Source of the DNA: Octopus bimaculoides
Lineage: Eukaryota
Assembly: GCF_001194135.2 (NCBI RefSeq)
Contig: NC_069005.1
Location: forward strand, 6,628,664 to 6,692,623
Reading direction: 5' to 3'
DNA length: 63,960 nucleotides
In this document: one piece after another, positions 59,211-63,960 of the stretch
Position numbering within the stretch: position 1 is the stretch's first letter
Layout of the letters: each line of letters starts with the position of its first letter
Made by a program: the position numbers and the translations under genes
The notes under the pieces: model-generated
Databases searched by the model: none
What the model was told of the DNA's origin: nothing
The model's input: only the letters and a program-made list of their open reading frames with translations

Positions 59211-62014
59211 TAAAATACTGAACAGAAAACAAACACTACCCCATGACATCACACTATAAACTCCTTGTACGATGATGATGATGATGATGTCCCTTGATGT
59301 CCATTTTCCATGCTTGCATGAGCTGGGTGGGAATTTTGCTGAGGCAGATTTTTCTATGGCTGGATGCTCTTCCTGTTGCCAACCCTCACCTGTTTCCAAG
59401 TAAGGTGATCAGGAATTTCCCCATGACCAGAAAATGTTTCCATGGATGATCAGAAACAATGGACATGGCTTACATGACAGTGACACACATTTACAACTAT
59501 GTCAAGGTAAGGAAACACTAACATACACACACGTTCATCATCATCATCGTTTAACGTCCGCTTTCCATGCTAGTATGGGTTAGACGATTTGTCTGAGGAC
59601 TGGTGAACCAGATGGTTGCACCAGGCTCCAATCTGATCTGGCAGAGTTTCTACAGCTGGATGCTCTTCCTAACGCCAACATGTTATCTGTTGAAATATGT
59701 GAACTATGGATTGGGTTGAACCAGAGAACACCATGATTCTTATATTTCTGCTTTGGTTTATTTGTTCTGGTATGTTGTTCAGGGTTGGGACAATTTATTG
59801 TGCTATAAGCATCATTTTAATGTTCACTTTTCCTTGCCTGCATGGGTTGGACAGAATTTTGTTGCAGCGGGTTTTCTACAGCTGGATGACTTTCCTGTTG
59901 CTAACCTTCGCTTCTGTACAAGTAAGGTGAATATTTTACTAAGCCCTGTAAAAGAACTTGGAAGGTTGGGTCTCCAAACAGGCCTTTTTACAATACCCTT
60001 AAAGCTAGGAACTTTTCAGCATCTCCTTTGGTGTATATACATATATCTATAAAAGAGTGGGTGCTGAAAATTTCCTGTCTTTGGATAAAAGAAAATATGG
60101 AAGGATCAGTTAATTATGATTTTATTGAACATATTCCTTTCTCAGACTCACACACTTATTGCAGTGGTCCTTCAGTTTTCCTAAGCCCTGTAAAAGAACT
60201 CAGAAAGCTGGGCCTCCAACCAGGCCTTTTGCGATACCCTTAACACCAGGAATTTTTCAGCACCCCGTCATACAGAGAAATGTTTTCATTGGTAAGACAA
60301 AACGAGCTGAAGTATACTTACGGGTTGGCTAGTAAAGTTGGCAAAGCAGTTTCTTGAATTTTTGAAGGAGCATCAAATCCCATTGCATACACACCTCGAA
60401 GAAGTTCAGGTTTTCTGTCGATAAAACACAGTTGTACAAGATTAATCGTTCATCATTTAAACTTACAATTTTCTGGACTGTCAATCCTAACTTCTGTGTA
60501 TTTGCCTGCTCATACACGAGACAATCAATAAATTGATTTGCTGAATGAGAATTGAGTAGTTATATACCCTCTCTACATTTAGTCTACAACAAATTTCGAC
60601 ATAATCATAATCTATAACCATCTAAAAGATATTTGTAGAAAATTTCATTGAAAAATATCCATTTTTCTGAATGTTACAAGTATACAAGGTTGACTCGTGT
60701 GAATTACCCTAAAAATTTTTCAACCAAACAAATTCTGATATTGTTGTAATCTACACCAAGAATTTGTAAAAAAATTTAATTGAAAAATATCCGTTTTTCT
60801 GAATGTTACAAGTATACAAGGTTGACTCGTGTGAATTATCCTAAAAAATTTTAAACCAAACAAATTCTGATATTGGTCGTAATCTATACCAAGTATTTGC
60901 AAAAGATTTCATTGAAAAATATCCATTTTTCTGAATGTTACAAGTATATAAAGTTGACTCGTGTGAATTACCTTAAAAATTTTTAAACCAAACAAATTCT
61001 GATATTGTCGTAATCTACACCAAGTATTTGTAAAAAAATTTCATTGAAAAATATCCATTTTCCTTACAGTTATGAGGAAACAAAGTGGGTAGGGGGAACA
61101 GGGTGTACTTGTGTAGCAATGCTACAGTGAAGCAGAAGATAGTTATGTTTACTTACAGATTCAAGTCATTGAATGTCTTGACAAAATACAATGGAGAACG
61201 AGGGTCTTTCCTCAACACTTCAAGATCTGTCTTTGTGGTAACCAATTTAGATCGAAGAATTTTACGCAAATATGAAGCATCTTCCTTTGTGGCTTCTGAA
61301 ATGCCAAAATATACACACAATTGTTTATACATGCTGCTGTTGGTTTTTTTTATACACAATGGAACCTAAAATCATATACACATCACATTATTATCATCAT
61401 CATCGTCGTTTAACATCCGTTCTTCTATGCTTGCATGGGTCGGGTGGAGAGTTTATTTGTGGTAGATTTTTCTACAGCTGGATACCCTTCCTGTTTCCAG
61501 CATAGGTGCCTTTCACATGTCACTGGCACTGGCCACGACCATGATTTCACCTAGCTTGATGCATCTTCTCAAGCCCAGCAAATCGCCAAAAGTCCCAGTC
61601 ATCTGTACACTCATTCCACTTTGTAAAGTGCTTTAGAGTTAGGAAGGGCATCAAACCACAGAAACCACACCAAAGCAGACAGTAGAGCCTGGCACCCTCC
61701 TCTGGCCCCTCCAGCTCCCATCCAACTCATTCCAGCAGACATTAAATCATGATGATGGTATGACCTTGCTGACTTTGACTGCCAGTCCCGTCCAGTACCA
61801 CCCCTAGCCAGTCGGTTATCTGTCCTCCCGCTATAACTAATATAATAGTCATCTTACCAACATCATCTTCTTCAGGATTATCCGCTGCAGGCTTCACTGT
61901 TGTGGATGATGATATAGTTGTAGAACTCTGATTAGGGGCAGCTGTTGGGGTGCTGTTTGAATTCTGGTTCAGTGTGGATGTGTTTTCATTCTTCTTCAGA
62001 GTCATCTCACTCAC
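51483..62014 (-). CDS. DDX19: DEAD-box ATP-dependent RNA helicase DDX19/DBP5 (mRNA export); 10 exons found, first exon not located
   Basis: Exons 62014-61858, 61295-61157, 60414-60322, 59133-59031, 58053-57936, 56815-56647, 56366-56132, 55082-54920, 54023-53835, 51547-51483 (1431 nt, GT-AG, phases fit). Motifs: Q motif [53 protein letters not shown]19-type signatures [26 protein letters not shown] and [13 protein letters not shown]. Confidence 0.95.
52650..52972 (+). mobile_element. 3' fragment of a mariner-type transposase with terminal inverted repeat
   Basis: Reads [39 protein letters not shown]...[10 protein letters not shown] and ends CTTTTTGACTCCCCCTCG|TA. Confidence 0.8.
54055..54230. 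repeat. ~45-bp purine-rich minisatellite, about 4 units
   Basis: GGAGAGAAA recurs at 54058, 54102, 54147 and 54194. Confidence 0.8.
58345..58665. repeat. 51-bp minisatellite, about 6 units
   Basis: ACTCACAAAT at 58470, 58521, 58572 and 58623 (period 51), with degenerate flanking units. Confidence 0.9.
60610..61062. repeat. 132-bp tandem repeat, about 3.4 units
   Basis: TGAAAAATATCC at 60649, 60781, 60913 and 61045 (exact period 132). Confidence 0.92.
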
Positions 62015-62029
62015 CTGCAGTAAATAACA

Positions 62030-62062
<33 letters not shown>

Positions 62063-62289
62063 CTTATGGAAAGCAGACGTTAAACGATAACAAAGCTAGA
62101 AAACATTATGATCAGACATTTTCTCTTATTTTATTTCTTTTCTTTAAAAATCATCATCATTATTATTAACTAGCTGGCCCCGTGCTGTCAAAAATGACAG
62201 CTAATTGTAGCATCATCATCAGAGTCAGTACATATTGTAAAGCTGAGTTTGTGTTTGGTTTGTGTGTGTGTGTGTGTTGCAATTCTAGA

Positions 62290-63960
62290 CCTGTCACCAC
62301 GACTGAAATTTCGGGCGTTACAGTTTTTTTCATAAATGGCTTTCGTTTCGTCCTGTGATTTCTTCAAATGTTCTCTGGCAACCTCAGTAGCTTTGGAAAG
62401 TCGGTTTCGAAAAGTAGACACATGGTCTAGCAAGTTCAAGTGGGATTCAGGGCTCTCAGAAGGGCTTGGCTTAATGCTAACATGTGGATCAGACAAAACC
62501 TTGGACCCTGCTAAATCATTTCCAATAAGCAAGTCTACACCTGAAACTGGGAGAGTTTTCTTAACACCAACTTTCACCAAACCAAACCAAACACAAAATC
62601 TAACTGCAAATCAACAAAATGAAGAGGTGCATTTGAAATTCCACTAATAACCTTTAATAAAACATCAGAGTTAGCAGACGACACTTCCGAGAAAGGAAGA
62701 GTACCTTCCAACAATAGAGAATGGAGTGTGCCCGTGTCCCTCAAAATAGTAATGGGTCGTAATGTGGACTCACCCTCAAGTGAGACAAACCCTTTCGAAA
62801 TGAAAGGCAAGTATCCCTCCTCGTTGTTAATAATGTTGGAAATAGGCTGAGACTTGATATTCACAAAAGAGTGTGGAAAGGGTTGTGACTGATTTTTTAA
62901 CTTGAGCTTTTTACACTCAGAAATCAAATGGCCTGACTTTCTACAATATCTACAAATAATTGTTGAATGAAAATTTGAATCAGATTTAGAAACAAAAGGA
63001 CTGGTTGACTTTCTTAACTCTGAATCACTGGACTTGTTAGGATTCGAACCTGACTGAGCTGAATAAATTATTTTACTTGTCCGACCTACCTCGAAATTAT
63101 CCGGATGACAATAACCATACAGCTTGAACTCAGGTCCATGAGTAATAGAGTAATCATCTGCTAAACTAGCTGCCTCTTGTAACTGTTCTACTCTCTGCTC
63201 TTCCAAATAACATCTAATATCAACATGAACACACAGTTTGAACTCCTCTAATAATATAAGCTGCCTCAATTTGTGAAAATCTTCCCCAACTTCTTTTGAC
63301 ACACACCACCAATCAAACAAATTTTCCTTCTCCGTAGCAAATTCTACATACGTATCATCACTTCTTTTCTTGGACAGCCTAAATTTTTGTCTATATGCCT
63401 CAGGGGCCAGTTCATAAGCTTCTAGAATAGCCTCTTTGACCACCTCATAACTCAAACTTGCTTCGTTCGATAAAGCCAAATAGACTTCCTGAGCCCTGCC
63501 TTTTAAAACACTTTGTATTAACATTGTCCAATGCTCCACAGGCCATCTCAAATTTATTGCCACCCTTTCAAAATGAAGGAAAAATTTATCAATATCTTCT
63601 TCACTAAATGGAGGCACGAGTCTAACATTTTTTGCAACATCAAAATCTGTCTGACCACGAGGAGTGTCCAACTTTCTACTCTGTAATTCCATTTCTTTCA
63701 ATTTTAATTCTTTTTGAATTTCCATTTCCCTTATTGCTTTTTGAAATTCTAATTCTAATTTCCTCAACTCAAACTCTTCTGTTTTCTCTGGTTTCAATAA
63801 AGACAAAGCCGAATCTTCGAAAATTTCTTCATCAACTAAATGTTCCAAAACCACTTTGAAAATCTCTTTCTTTTTCATGGTAGACTTAGCCTCATCCAGA
63901 TCATAATGTTTGGCCAATAACAACAATTCTGATTTTTTTAAAATCCTTAATAGCTCCACT
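62290..63960 (-). mobile_element. Ty3/Gypsy LTR retrotransposon remnant (Gmr1-like): gag with SCAN-like region and CCHC knuckle, aspartic protease, and a post-deletion integrase tail
   Basis: The 461-codon ORF (63959-62574) is open to the window edge. It contains VRLVPPF..EDIDKFFLHFERVA, YELAPEAYRQKFR, KLRQLILLEEFK, CRYCRKSGHLISEC and ILRDTG. After a frameshift it continues VKVGV..LPVSGVDLLIGNDLAG, then RL..A.EVAREHLKKSQ..K..Y....R.FSRGD. No RT, RNase H or integrase core is visible. Confidence 0.88.

Overview
Repeat-rich eukaryotic genomic DNA with six N gaps. The SINE/MITE/microsatellite landscape suggests an octopus or other coleoid cephalopod (inference). I reconstructed four spliced genes exon by exon, with GT-AG junctions and matching phases: (1) a heterotrimeric G-protein alpha subunit of the rare class V (Gv/GNAV1), + strand, 7702-14998, exon 1 not found; (2) NDUFB5, - strand, 22329-27280, complete; (3) GLOD4, + strand, 30704-49510, complete; (4) DDX19/DBP5, - strand, 51483-62014, exon 1 not located. 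A tRNA-Gly(GCC) gene and a decayed DD37D (maT) transposon lie between the divergent NDUFB5 and GLOD4 starts. A Gypsy (Gmr1/SCAN-like) gag-protease remnant lies upstream of DDX19 exon 2. The most unusual signals are four minimal type I hammerhead-ribozyme-like motifs, two of them inside long inverted repeats in one Gv intron. Also notable are a ~150-bp tandem array built from the 3' coding end of an RTE LINE and a possible recursive splice site at DDX19 exon 2. All calls were made by eye and family assignments rest on recalled motifs; no searches were run.
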